The notes below the pieces were generated by a model, which did no database searches, was not told the origin of the DNA, and saw nothing but the letters and a program-made list of their open reading frames with translations. Below are positions 1 through 9,008 of a stretch of 43,865 nt of DNA, piece after piece. A program made the translations under genes and the position numbers. The stretch's first letter is position 1. The number at the start of each line of letters is the position of its first letter. This DNA is from a phage. The stretch lies in NCBI GenBank assembly GCA_032298335.1, contig GCA_032298335.1_4702.1. One strand, written 5' to 3'.

Positions 1-18
1 TCACTCGCTCACGTGTAC

Positions 19-142
19 CTTAGGTTATTACTTGATGGATAGCTTAGGTTAACCTTAGTGGAACGCCTTAGTTAAAGACTTAGTGCTTATCTTAGTAACA
101 GCTTAGTAGTGTACCTTAGTTGGTCTTAGTGAATAGCCTTAG
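19..142. repeat. Periodic CTTAG(T/G) array, about 10 copies at roughly 12-bp spacing
   Basis: CTTAG begins at 19, 43, 54, 67, 79, 91, 102, 115, 125, 138; further copies at 320, 335, 354 and 459. Non-coding left-end region. Confidence 0.8.
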
Positions 143-340
143 TGATTGCACATGCAAGCATGTAAGATGCCAATAGGTCGCGGTCTGTAGACCGCTAAAG
201 AAAGAGAATAGTAATAAGATGCAGTAGGAGGAACACCAGAAGCCTAGCCAACCTAGCCTATCCTAGCTCTGTATCTATTGCTTTTCCTTAGTCTCACATG
301 TTAGACAACCTATATTATTCTTAGTGATGATAACTTAGTG

Positions 341-369
341 TTGACAAGATAATCTTAGTGTAATACCAT
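341..369 (+). promoter_or_regulatory. Candidate host sigma70 early promoter (TTGACA, 17-nt spacer, TACCAT)
   Basis: Perfect -35 hexamer TTGACA at 341-346; weak -10 TACCAT at 364-369; lies upstream of the first early ORFs. Confidence 0.3.
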
Positions 370-470
370 GCATCACGTAGGCGGTGCTGAGGCACCTAGT
401 AGCCAGCTAGTAAGGCATACGAAGAGACTAGCGCTTACATTGCTCTTTAACAATTTGCTTAGTGTAACCT

Positions 471-692
471 ATGTATGCCGTGGTTAATTACTTATTGAAT
501 GAGAGATTAACTATGACATTAAACAACCGTGAACTATCCGTTCTCTTCACTCTGTTGTGCTACATGATTCGTAAAAACGAATTGCTTACAGATGACGAGT
601 TAGCCTTGTATCACCGCTTTCTTAACGAAGGTTGGACCGATACAGTTAATCAATACCGTAACATGATAGATGAGTTGAGGGAGGGTAAATAA
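471..692 (+). CDS. Hypothetical early protein (73 aa)
   Basis: ORF in the early region; no recognisable motif; start codon uncertain (alternative ATG near 513). Confidence 0.45.
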   Translation: MYAVVNYLLNERLTMTLNNRELSVLFTLLCYMIRKNELLTDDELALYHRFLNEGWTDTVNQYRNMIDELREGK

Positions 693-916
693 TGTATCAG
701 CATGAGGTTTTCTTTGAGTCAGCTAGTGAAGCTATCCGCTTCCTTGAAGATATGCTACAAGCTGGCGTAGGTGTTGATGTACATCACTTCCTACTAGATT
801 ACGACACTGAATATCACCGAGTTACCTTAGTATCTGAGTATGACAACCAAGTCATTACTGAGTACCTAGGCAGTGAAGATTACGATTACGATGAAGTAAT
901 CACGACAAATCTCTAA
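692..916 (+). CDS. Hypothetical acidic early protein (74 aa)
   Basis: ATG overlaps the upstream stop (TAATG); GGAGGG ribosome-binding site 7 nt upstream. Confidence 0.5.
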   Translation: MYQHEVFFESASEAIRFLEDMLQAGVGVDVHHFLLDYDTEYHRVTLVSEYDNQVITEYLGSEDYDYDEVITTNL

Positions 917-1303
917 ATTAACTGTTGACAGCCACGGCATACAAGGTTACATTAAGCATCAAGACGGCGACGTCTTTAAACATCCCGCTCTTTAACAATA
1001 CGGTTTGTGTCTTGATAGGCTAACTAACTAAGGTAATTATCATGAAAGGTTTAATTTGTGTAGAACGTATGGTCAATGGTAAACTTGAAATATTACCACT
1101 GGAAAACCAATCTAGCTTCAAAGAGTGGTATGGCTGTTTCTCACTGATTTAAGGTAAAGGCTGGCACTAGTCAGCCTATCAAGGCGCAAACCAAGCTCTT
1201 TAACAATTTGGATGGTAGCTTCTTAGTCTGGATAGGTTAAACCTAGGGGATTCTCTTGAGTCTCCTATAATGTAACCTAACTAACTAAATGAGGATTAAT
1301 AAC

Positions 1304-1657
1304 ATGGCTATGTCTAATATGACTTACTCTCAGGTTTACAACACCGCTCATGCTGCATTAGTTGAACGTATCTGGAATGATGCTATTGATTGTATTGATA
1401 ACGCACATGATGCAATCCATGATGCGGCGGATAGTGCTGTACCAATCTATTATGCTGACATCTTCTCCGTGATGGCGAGTGAAGGAATTGATCATTTCTT
1501 CGAAGACTCCGGCCTGATGCCAGACACTAAGGATGTAACCGTAGTATTGCAAGCCCGTATCTATGAGCAACTCACAATTGATCTATGGGAACGTGTTCAG
1601 TATATGATTGTTGAATACGTCAACTCCGCCGAATATTTAGAAGAAGAAGAGGAATAA
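1304..1657 (+). CDS. ocr: Ocr-like anti-restriction DNA-mimic protein (T7 gp0.3 homolog)
   Basis: 117-aa acidic protein. Starts MAMSNMTY and contains [42 protein letters not shown] and [15 protein letters not shown] with an acidic C-terminus, matching T7 Ocr as I recall it. GAGGA ribosome-binding site before the ATG at 1304. Confidence 0.85.
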   Translation: MAMSNMTYSQVYNTAHAALVERIWNDAIDCIDNAHDAIHDAADSAVPIYYADIFSVMASEGIDHFFEDSGLMPDTKDVTVVLQARIYEQLTIDLWERVQYMIVEYVNSAEYLEEEEE

Positions 1658-1659
1658 GA

Positions 1660-1773
1660 ATGGAAAAGCTATACAACTTCATCTTTTCAGACGGTGTAAC
1701 CCTGAAGTGTTCCCTGCGTTTCGCACAAATTCGTGAGGAAGCACTAGGCACTACATACAAACTATTTAGCTGA
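1660..1773 (+). CDS. Small hypothetical protein (37 aa)
   Basis: Short ORF directly after ocr; its stop lies inside a promoter-like element; weak support. Confidence 0.3.
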   Translation: MEKLYNFIFSDGVTLKCSLRFAQIREEALGTTYKLFS

Positions 1774-1788
1774 CACTATAAGAGAAGG
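1762..1788 (+). promoter_or_regulatory. Phage-promoter-like element with altered +1 (ATTTAGCTGACACTATAAGAG)
   Basis: Close to the SP6 consensus ATTTAGGTGACACTATAGAAG but TATAGAAG is replaced by TATAAGAG; upstream of the RNA polymerase gene. Confidence 0.3.
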
Positions 1789-1849
1789 CTTAACAAGGCG
1801 TTGCTACGGTAGCGCCTGATTAAACTTTCACTTACTAGGAGTTAAGACT

Positions 1850-2077
1850 ATGGATTTAGATAGCATCATTATGGCATTTGCTCTTATTGGCTTAAGCTGG
1901 TGCTCCTATCACCTTTACCGTGAGTTCTTATTTGATAAAGCTAAACGCAAACTAAGAAAAGAAGGCGGCAATTACCTTTGTGTAAGAGGTGGGCTTGTAG
2001 AATACATTGCACCTAACGGCACGGAATGCGCCATTAGCAAAGATGCATTTATAGAAACGTGGCATTACATCAAGTAA
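1850..2077 (+). CDS. Hypothetical small membrane protein (75 aa)
   Basis: N-terminal hydrophobic segment IIMAFALIGLSWCSY; AGGAG ribosome-binding site upstream. Confidence 0.5.
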   Translation: MDLDSIIMAFALIGLSWCSYHLYREFLFDKAKRKLRKEGGNYLCVRGGLVEYIAPNGTECAISKDAFIETWHYIK

Positions 2078-2140
2078 CTAGCCTATAGCCTACCTGAGTG
2101 GGTTATGTGATATTTACTTACACTATATAAGGTGACTATT

Positions 2141-3064
2141 ATGACTACTGAAAACATCCTCCTGTCTGTCCGTGAAGCTGCAACCGCTGAGATTAAGCAG
2201 CATTTGGATAATATCGGCACTTCTTACATCAAAGTTGGCGCTTGTCTGAATGAATTACGCGGTGATTTCGAAGGTCAAAAAGACTTTTTAGCTTATGTAG
2301 AATCAGAGTTCGGCATCAAGAAAGCACAATGCTACAAGCTGATGAGTGTAGCCCGTGTCTTTGAAGGAGACGAACGCTTTAAAGGTGTGGCTATGCGTGT
2401 AATGCTGGCGCTTGTTCCTTTCGCTGATGAAAATATAATCATGGAGAAGGCCGCAGAACTCGCCGCAGAGGGCAAGCTGGACACTAACGCCGTAAACGCC
2501 CTGATTGATCCTAAGAAAGAGACAAAGGCCGAGACGGTACAATCTAAGGTTGAGTCGGTAAAACCGCAGGAGAACGCGACTGAGGCCGCAGAAACTATGC
2601 AAGGACATGCAACCTTTGAGGATTTCATCTTAGAGAAGGCGAAAGAGGATTTACAAAGTGTGCCGCCAGTAAGTGAGTCGGGTAACGACGAATCCGCACC
2701 GTGGGAAGATGAAAGCAAGCCGGAAGACACAAAGGCAGCGCCACGGGATAACACGGCTAATACTGAGAATGCCGCTATTGCTGGTCTGCTGGCACAAATT
2801 AAAGCACTGACTGAGCAATTACAGGCAGCTAATGGCCGCATTGCCTCCTTAAGCAGCGCACGCGAAAGCAAGAAAGCAGCCGCGCCTATGCTGCCGCAAT
2901 TCAAATCTTCCTGCTTCTATGCTCGCTTAGGTTTAAGCGCTGAGGAGGCAACGAAGAAAACAGCAGTTAACAAGGCACGCCGCGAACTGGTTAAGCTAGG
3001 CTACGGCGAAGGCCATGAAGCATGGCCCTTAATCTCTGAGGCAGTAGAAGAATTAACTAAGTAA
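2141..3064 (+). CDS. Hypothetical early protein (307 aa)
   Basis: Long early ORF at the position T7 uses for the gp0.7 kinase, but no kinase motifs seen; ribosome-binding site AAGGTGA before the ATG at 2141 (the ORF track starts at a GTG at 2132). Confidence 0.6.
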   Translation: MTTENILLSVREAATAEIKQHLDNIGTSYIKVGACLNELRGDFEGQKDFLAYVESEFGIKKAQCYKLMSVARVFEGDERFKGVAMRVMLALVPFADENIIMEKAAELAAEGKLDTNAVNALIDPKKETKAETVQSKVESVKPQENATEAAETMQGHATFEDFILEKAKEDLQSVPPVSESGNDESAPWEDESKPEDTKAAPRDNTANTENAAIAGLLAQIKALTEQLQAANGRIASLSSARESKKAAAPMLPQFKSSCFYARLGLSAEEATKKTAVNKARRELVKLGYGEGHEAWPLISEAVEELTK

Positions 3065-3127
3065 CCTTATCGGTGGCATCTTCTTAGGTGTCACCTATTA
3101 AGGTTTCTTTCACTAGGAGTAAACAAG

Positions 3128-5755
3128 ATGCAAGACCTACACGCTATTCAACTTCAACTTGAAGAAGAAATGTTTAACGGCGGTATCCGTCGCTTTGAAG
3201 CGGACCAACAACGCCAGATTGCATCCGGTAATGAATCAGACACGGCATGGAATCGCCGCTTATTGTCCGAGTTAATCGCGCCAATGGCTGAAGGTATTCA
3301 GGCATACAAGGAAGAGTATGAAGGTAAAAGAGGCCGTGCACCGCGTGCATTAGCTTTCATTAACTGCGTAGAAAATGAAGTGGCAGCGTATATCACGATG
3401 AAAATCGTTATGGATATGCTGAACACGGATGTAACCTTGCAGGCTATAGCCATGAATGTAGCTGACCGCATTGAGGACCAAGTACGTTTTAGCAAGCTGG
3501 AAGGTCACGCCGCCAAATACTTTGAAAAAGTTAAGAAGTCACTTAAGGCAAGTAAGACTAAATCATATCGCCATGCGCACAACGTAGCGGTAGTGGCTGA
3601 GAAGTCAGTAGCTGACCGTGACGCTGATTTCTCTCGCTGGGAAGCGTGGCCTAAAGATACCTTGCTACAAATTGGGATGACCTTGCTTGAAATCTTAGAG
3701 AATAGCGTATTCTTCAACGGGCAACCTGTCTTCCTCCGCACCTTGCGCACTAATGGCGGAAAACATGGTGTTTACTACCTACAGACTAGTGAACACGTAG
3801 GTGAGTGGATAACTGCATTTAAAGAACATGTAGCGCAACTTAGTCCCGCCTATGCACCTTGCGTTATTCCTCCGCGTCCGTGGGTGTCACCCTTTAACGG
3901 TGGGTTTCATACTGAGAAAGTAGCAAGCCGTATTCGTCTGGTAAAAGGCAATCGTGAGCACGTCCGCAAGCTGACCAAAAAGCAAATGCCAGCGGTTTAC
4001 AAGGCTGTTAACGCTTTGCAGGTGACTAAGTGGCAGGTTAATAAAGAGGTTTTACAGGTTGTGGAGGACGTTATACGTCTAGACCTCGGCTATGGTGTAC
4101 CTTCCTTTAAACCACTCATCGACCGTGAGAACAAGCCAGCTAATCCGGTGCCGTTAGAGTTCCAGCACCTGCGAGGCCGTGAACTGAAAGAAATGCTTAC
4201 GCCGGAACAATGGCAAGCCTTTATCAACTGGAAAGGTGAATGTACTAAGCTGTACACCGCTGAAACTAAGCGCGGAAGCAAATCGGCGGCAACCGTTCAC
4301 ATGGTTGGTCAGGCCCGTAAATATAGCCAGTTCGACGCAATCTACTTCGTGTATGCACTGGACAGCCGCAGCCGTGTATACGCGCAATCTAGCACACTCT
4401 CACCGCAATCAAATGACTTGGGCAAGGCCTTGCTCCGTTTTACCGAAGGGCAGCGTCTTGATAGCGCTGAGGCGCTTAAGTGGTTTTTGGTGAACGGGGC
4501 TAATAACTGGGGTTGGGATAAGAAAACTTTTGACGTGCGCACTGCTAACGTGCTGGATAGTGAATTTCAAGACATGTGCCGCGACATTGCAGCGGATCCG
4601 CTGACCTTCACTCAATGGGTAAATGCCGACTCCCCTTACGGCTTCCTTGCATGGTGCTTTGAATATGCGCGTTATCTGGATGCACTGGATGAAGGCACGC
4701 AAGACCAATTCATGACGCACCTCCCAGTCCATCAAGATGGTAGTTGTTCTGGTATCCAGCACTACAGTGCTATGCTACGCGATGCAGTAGGTGCGAAAGC
4801 AGTAAACCTTAAGCCCTCTGACTCTCCTCAAGATATTTATGGTGCCGTTGCGCAGGTAGTAATTCAGAAGAATTATGCATACATGAATGCAGAGGGTGCG
4901 GAAACCTTCACTTCTGGCAGCGTGACTTTAACAGGTGCGGAACTGCGTAGTATGGCTAGTGCGTGGGATATGATAGGAATCACTCGCGGCCTGACCAAAA
5001 AGCCCGTAATGACACTACCTTATGGCAGCACACGTCTAACCTGCCGTGAGTCAGTGATTGATTATATCGTTGATTTAGAAGAAAAAGAGGCCCAACGGGC
5101 TATTGCGGAAGGGCGTACCGCCAATCCTGTACACCCTTTTGACAATGACCGTAAGGACAGCCTGACACCTAGCGCAGCTTATAACTATATGACAGCTTTA
5201 ATCTGGCCTTCTATTTCGGAAGTGGTTAAAGCTCCTATAGTGGCAATGAAAATGATTCGTCAGCTTGCACGTTTCGCAGCTAAAAGGAATGAAGGCTTAG
5301 AGTACACCTTGCCTACTGGCTTCATCTTGCAACAAAAGATAATGGCGACAGATATGCTCCGCGTATCTACTTGCTTGATGGGAGAAATCAAGATGAGTCT
5401 ACAGATTGAAACGGACGTAGTGGATGAAACGGCTATGATGGGCGCTGCTGCCCCTAACTTTGTGCACGGTCATGATGCCAGTCACCTTATCTTAACGGTC
5501 TGCGACCTTGTTGATAAAGGGATTACATCTATCGCAGTAATTCATGATTCTTTTGGCACTCATGCAGGTCGCACCGCAGACCTACGTGATAGTCTAAGGG
5601 CAGAAATGGTGAAGATGTATCAAGGCCGTAACGCTCTGCAAAGCCTGTTAGATGAGCATGAAGAACGCTGGTTAGTAGACACCGGAATCCAAGTGCCAAA
5701 GCAAGGAGAGTTTGACCTTAACGAAATCTTAGTATCTGACTATTGCTTCGCATAA
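3128..5755 (+). CDS. Single-subunit DNA-directed RNA polymerase, SP6-type
   Basis: 875 aa. Begins [32 protein letters not shown] and contains [33 protein letters not shown] and IHDSFGTHA, near-identical to SP6 RNA polymerase as recalled; T7 RNAP-family catalytic motifs present. Confidence 0.97.
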   Translation: MQDLHAIQLQLEEEMFNGGIRRFEADQQRQIASGNESDTAWNRRLLSELIAPMAEGIQAYKEEYEGKRGRAPRALAFINCVENEVAAYITMKIVMDMLNTDVTLQAIAMNVADRIEDQVRFSKLEGHAAKYFEKVKKSLKASKTKSYRHAHNVAVVAEKSVADRDADFSRWEAWPKDTLLQIGMTLLEILENSVFFNGQPVFLRTLRTNGGKHGVYYLQTSEHVGEWITAFKEHVAQLSPAYAPCVIPPRPWVSPFNGGFHTEKVASRIRLVKGNREHVRKLTKKQMPAVYKAVNALQVTKWQVNKEVLQVVEDVIRLDLGYGVPSFKPLIDRENKPANPVPLEFQHLRGRELKEMLTPEQWQAFINWKGECTKLYTAETKRGSKSAATVHMVGQARKYSQFDAIYFVYALDSRSRVYAQSSTLSPQSNDLGKALLRFTEGQRLDSAEALKWFLVNGANNWGWDKKTFDVRTANVLDSEFQDMCRDIAADPLTFTQWVNADSPYGFLAWCFEYARYLDALDEGTQDQFMTHLPVHQDGSCSGIQHYSAMLRDAVGAKAVNLKPSDSPQDIYGAVAQVVIQKNYAYMNAEGAETFTSGSVTLTGAELRSMASAWDMIGITRGLTKKPVMTLPYGSTRLTCRESVIDYIVDLEEKEAQRAIAEGRTANPVHPFDNDRKDSLTPSAAYNYMTALIWPSISEVVKAPIVAMKMIRQLARFAAKRNEGLEYTLPTGFILQQKIMATDMLRVSTCLMGEIKMSLQIETDVVDETAMMGAAAPNFVHGHDASHLILTVCDLVDKGITSIAVIHDSFGTHAGRTADLRDSLRAEMVKMYQGRNALQSLLDEHEERWLVDTGIQVPKQGEFDLNEILVSDYCFA

Positions 5756-5763
5756 TATTAATA

Positions 5764-5795
5764 GGCCATTCCTTCGGGAGTGGCCTTTTCTTTTT
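5764..5795 (+). terminator. Intrinsic terminator after the RNA polymerase gene
   Basis: 9-bp stem GGCCATTCC / GGAGTGGCC (one G-U pair) with a TTCG tetraloop, followed by TTTTCTTTTT. Confidence 0.75.
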
Positions 5796-5829
5796 ACCTA
5801 CTACCGGTAACATTTCATTAACATAAAGT

Positions 5830-5845
5830 GTCTCACATGTGAGAC
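5830..5845. repeat. 16-bp perfect palindrome GTCTCACATGTGAGAC (copy 1)
   Basis: Exact self-complementary 16-mer immediately upstream of a promoter variant. Confidence 0.9.
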
Positions 5846-5847
5846 TT

Positions 5848-5868
5848 ATTTACCGGACACTATAGGAT
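5848..5868 (+). promoter_or_regulatory. Phage RNA polymerase promoter variant (ATTTACCGGACACTATAGGAT)
   Basis: Matches the window consensus ATTTACTGGACACTATAGAAG except at -11 and +3/+4. Confidence 0.6.
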
Positions 5869-5916
5869 AGCCGTCGGAGACGGGAAAGAAAGGGAAGATA
5901 AAGGATATAAAAGGAA

Positions 5917-5963
5917 GTAATAGGTATTAAAGGTTATATAGGTTATCTAGGAATACCTATTAC
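5917..5963. repeat. 12-bp perfect inverted repeat flanking a 23-bp AT-rich spacer
   Basis: GTAATAGGTATT at 5917-5928 and its reverse complement AATACCTATTAC at 5952-5963, inside an AT-rich non-coding stretch between two promoters. Confidence 0.8.
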
Positions 5964-6011
5964 CTTCTTCCTTCCTCTTATTACTACTTAGAGGAAGGGC
6001 AGATCTAGGTT

Positions 6012-6027
6012 GTCTCACATGTGAGAC
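6012..6027. repeat. 16-bp perfect palindrome GTCTCACATGTGAGAC (copy 2)
   Basis: Exact repeat of the palindrome at 5830, again directly upstream of a promoter variant. Confidence 0.9.
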
Positions 6028-6032
6028 TTCGT

Positions 6033-6053
6033 ATTTACCGGACAGTATAGATA
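6033..6053 (+). promoter_or_regulatory. Phage RNA polymerase promoter variant (ATTTACCGGACAGTATAGATA)
   Basis: Promoter-like sequence with C to G at -5 and a changed +3; upstream of the gp1.1-like and primase genes. Confidence 0.5.
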
Positions 6054-6079
6054 AGACTAACTTACTTTGGGATTTAACC

Positions 6080-6208
6080 ATGCGTAACTTTGAGAAGATG
6101 ACCCGTAAAGCTAACCGCTTTGACATGGAAGAAGGGCAGAAGAAAGGCAAGAAGCTGAATAAACCTGTCCGTGACCGTGCATCTAAACGCGCTGCGTGGG
6201 AGTTCTAA
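6080..6208 (+). CDS. Small basic protein, T7 gp1.1-like (42 aa)
   Basis: Begins MRNFEKM and ends WEF; lysine/arginine-rich; sits directly downstream of the RNA polymerase gene as T7 gene 1.1 does. Similarity is from memory. Confidence 0.6.
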   Translation: MRNFEKMTRKANRFDMEEGQKKGKKLNKPVRDRASKRAAWEF

Positions 6209-6211
6209 ATT

Positions 6212-8200
6212 ATGGCTATTATTCAGAATGTACCGTGTCCTGCCTGTCAAAAGAATGGACATGATATTACTGGCAACCATCTTATGATATTTGAGGATGG
6301 CGCTGGTTACTGTAACCGTGGTCACTTCCATGATAATGGGAAGCCTTATTACCATAAGCCAGAGGGTGGTATCGAGATAACCGAATTGCCTATTACTGGC
6401 AATATCAAATATACACCTTCTCAATTCAAAGAAATGGAGAAGGAAGGGAAGATAAGCGACCCTAAGCTACGCGCCATCGCACTTGGTGGTATGCGTATGA
6501 AAGACCGTTGGGAGGTTATGAATGAGCAAGAAAGGGCAGACCAAGAAGCAGAGTGGAAACTTGATGTTGAATGGTTCCTCACGCTTAAGCGTAAGAACCT
6601 TGTATCCCGTCACATTCGAGGTGACATCGCAGCAATGTACGATGTGCGCGTTGGACACGATGAAGAGGGAAGAGTCAACCGTCACTATTATCCACGATAT
6701 GAAAAGGGTGTGCTTGTTGGAGCAAAATGCCGGACGTTGCCGAAGGATTTTAAGTTCGGACACCTAGGTAAACTCTTTGGTATGCAAGATCTTTTCGGTA
6801 TGAATACTTTGTCTCACGTGTTAGACAAGGGGAGGCGAAAGGATTGCTTGCTTATTGTAGGCGGTGAACTTGATGCACTAGCAGCGCAGCAGATGCTCCT
6901 TGATTCTGCCAAGGGTACTAAGTGGGAAGGACAACCATATCATGTGTGGTCTGTCAACAAGGGCGAGTCTTGCCTTGAAGAGATAGTGCAGAACCGTGAG
7001 CATATCGCCCAATTCAAGAAGATTATATGGGGTTTTGATGGAGATGAGGTAGGGCAGAAGCAGAATCAGCAAGCGGCTCGCCTGTTTCCTGGCAAATCCT
7101 ATATCCTTGAATACCCCTCTGGTTGCAAAGATGCTAACAAGGCATTGATGGCTGGCAAGGCCAAAGAGTTTGTTGATGCATGGTTTAATGCCAAGTCATC
7201 TGATGAAGTCTTTGGTAGCCAGATTAAATCTATCGCATCTCAAAGGGATAAGCTCAAGGCTGCACGTCCAGAGCAAGGACTATCATGGCCTTGGCCTAAG
7301 CTGAACAAGGTAACGCTAGGTATTCGTAAGAACCAACTTATCATTGTAGGCGCAGGCTCTGGTGTAGGTAAGACTGAGTTCCTTCGTGAAGTAGTTAAGC
7401 ACCTCATTGAAGAACACGGTGAATCTGTAGGCATCATTTCTACAGAAGACCCGATGGTCAAGGTGTCCCGTGCTTTTATCGGCAAGTGGATTGATAAGCG
7501 TATTGAGTTACCGCCAACCAACGACCCTAAAGAAGACGGATACCGTGAGGTGTTCGACTACACCGAGGAAGAAGCTAACGCCGCCATTGATTATGTAGCT
7601 GATACAGGTAAGCTGTTTGTAGCTGACCTAGAGGGTGACTATTCGATGGAAAAGGTAGAGCAAACTTGCCTAGAGTTTGAGGCTATGGGCATTTCTAATA
7701 TCATCATTGATAACTTAACGGGGATTAAATTAGATGAGCGTGCTTTTGGTGGGAAGGTTGGTGCACTTGATGAATGCGTCAAGCGGATTGGTACTATCAA
7801 AGACCGACACCCGGTTACTATATTCCTTGTATCACACCTTACACGTCCTCCGGCAAACCGTACCCAACACGAAGAAGGTGGCGAAGTTATCCTTTCTGAC
7901 TTCCGAGGCTCAGGCGCTATCGGATTCTGGGCATCTTACGCCTTGGGGATTGAGCGTAATACAAGAGCTGAAACGCTTGACGAAAGGACTACCACGTACA
8001 TCTCTTGTGTCAAAGACCGCGACCAAGGAATATTTTCCGGTACTCGTATAATGCTTAAAGGTGATATTGCTACTGGTCGATTACGTGAACCAGAGCAAAG
8101 ATCTCGACCGTTTGATACTGGTGCTCCAAAAGAACAAACTGTACCAGAAGAAGTAGTGGATAAAGGAGGATTTATTGCTGACGAAGTTGAAGAGTTTTGA
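6212..8200 (+). CDS. Bifunctional DNA primase/helicase (T7 gp4-like)
   Basis: N-terminal zinc-ribbon CPACQ...CNRGHFH; Walker A GAGSGVGKTEF; helicase motifs IIIDNLTG and VSHLTRPPANRTQHEEGGEVILSDFRGSGAIG paralleling T7 gp4; acidic C-terminus ending EEF. Confidence 0.95.
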   Translation: MAIIQNVPCPACQKNGHDITGNHLMIFEDGAGYCNRGHFHDNGKPYYHKPEGGIEITELPITGNIKYTPSQFKEMEKEGKISDPKLRAIALGGMRMKDRWEVMNEQERADQEAEWKLDVEWFLTLKRKNLVSRHIRGDIAAMYDVRVGHDEEGRVNRHYYPRYEKGVLVGAKCRTLPKDFKFGHLGKLFGMQDLFGMNTLSHVLDKGRRKDCLLIVGGELDALAAQQMLLDSAKGTKWEGQPYHVWSVNKGESCLEEIVQNREHIAQFKKIIWGFDGDEVGQKQNQQAARLFPGKSYILEYPSGCKDANKALMAGKAKEFVDAWFNAKSSDEVFGSQIKSIASQRDKLKAARPEQGLSWPWPKLNKVTLGIRKNQLIIVGAGSGVGKTEFLREVVKHLIEEHGESVGIISTEDPMVKVSRAFIGKWIDKRIELPPTNDPKEDGYREVFDYTEEEANAAIDYVADTGKLFVADLEGDYSMEKVEQTCLEFEAMGISNIIIDNLTGIKLDERAFGGKVGALDECVKRIGTIKDRHPVTIFLVSHLTRPPANRTQHEEGGEVILSDFRGSGAIGFWASYALGIERNTRAETLDERTTTYISCVKDRDQGIFSGTRIMLKGDIATGRLREPEQRSRPFDTGAPKEQTVPEEVVDKGGFIADEVEEF

Positions 8201-8663
8201 GGCAGCAGGATATACCATCAAGGAGGATGGTACTATCCTTAACCCTAAAGGTGTAATACTTAAACCGAGCCAATCAGGAAGGAAATTAAAGTATTTATAT
8301 GTAAGTTGGAGACATCAAGGAAGAAGAGTAACAGAGCTTGTACACAGATTGGTTGCTAAGAAGTACATACCCAACCCACACAGTTTACCAGAAGTTCATC
8401 ATAAAGACTTTAACCCTCTTAATTGTCATAAAGACAATCTTGAATGGACAGATGGTAAGACTAATTGTGAGTATAGTTATGCAAGGGTAGAAGCTGCACT
8501 TGCACGTCATGCTACTTTATTGTCACCTGATGGCATTAAGTACGACATATTTAATGTTCGTAAATTCTGCCGCGAACATGGCCTCAATCCACCTAGTGTA
8601 TTTGAGGTGCTTAGTGGTAAACGGAAGTCACATAAAGGGTGGACTATTTACCGGACACTATAG
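8175..8663 (+). CDS. HNH homing endonuclease
   Basis: HRLVA...NP...PEVHHKDFNPLNCHKDNLEWTDGKTN HNH motif; AT-rich relative to neighbours; overlaps the helicase 3' end; paralog of the gene at 43214. Confidence 0.85.
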   Translation: MLTKLKSFEAAGYTIKEDGTILNPKGVILKPSQSGRKLKYLYVSWRHQGRRVTELVHRLVAKKYIPNPHSLPEVHHKDFNPLNCHKDNLEWTDGKTNCEYSYARVEAALARHATLLSPDGIKYDIFNVRKFCREHGLNPPSVFEVLSGKRKSHKGWTIYRTL

Positions 8664-8666
8664 AAG
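8646..8666 (+). promoter_or_regulatory. Phage RNA polymerase promoter (ATTTACCGGACACTATAGAAG)
   Basis: Near-consensus promoter; the HNH gene's TAG stop (8661-8663) ends on the predicted +1 G. Confidence 0.8.
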
Positions 8667-8776
8667 ACATTATTCGTAAGCAAGGGTTGAAGGGTCTTCA
8701 CATCTTAAATGGTGAAGAATTACTGTACCTACCTATCGTTACTGAAGAAACCTACGTGAATATCTAAGAGTTAATC

Positions 8777-8995
8777 ATGACTAAAGTATTAATTTATATG
8801 CGTGGACCTCATAAATGCTATGCAGTTGTAGCACCAAATGGTGTTAAGCCCTATAGTACTTCAAAAGGATTGGCATTAATAGGTGCTAGTAGTAGTGCAA
8901 GTTTCCAAATGGAACTTTTTGGTCATTGGACTGAATGGCAATTCCGTGAGGATTTTAAAGTCATTGGCAGCTTCATGGTGAAACATGCAGAATAA
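8777..8995 (+). CDS. Hypothetical protein (72 aa)
   Basis: ORF with no recognisable motif. Confidence 0.5.
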   Translation: MTKVLIYMRGPHKCYAVVAPNGVKPYSTSKGLALIGASSSASFQMELFGHWTEWQFREDFKVIGSFMVKHAE

Positions 8996-9008
8996 ACATA
9001 GTCTTAAA

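Noticed and set aside
1-160. Direct terminal repeat shared between the window start and end
   Set aside because: The first 20 nt do not recur in the last 200 nt, so no terminal redundancy can be supported from this window.
2332-2904. 190-aa minus-strand ORF inside the early 307-aa gene
   Set aside because: Antisense shadow of an Ala/Glu-rich coding region; Ser/Ala-rich low-complexity translation.
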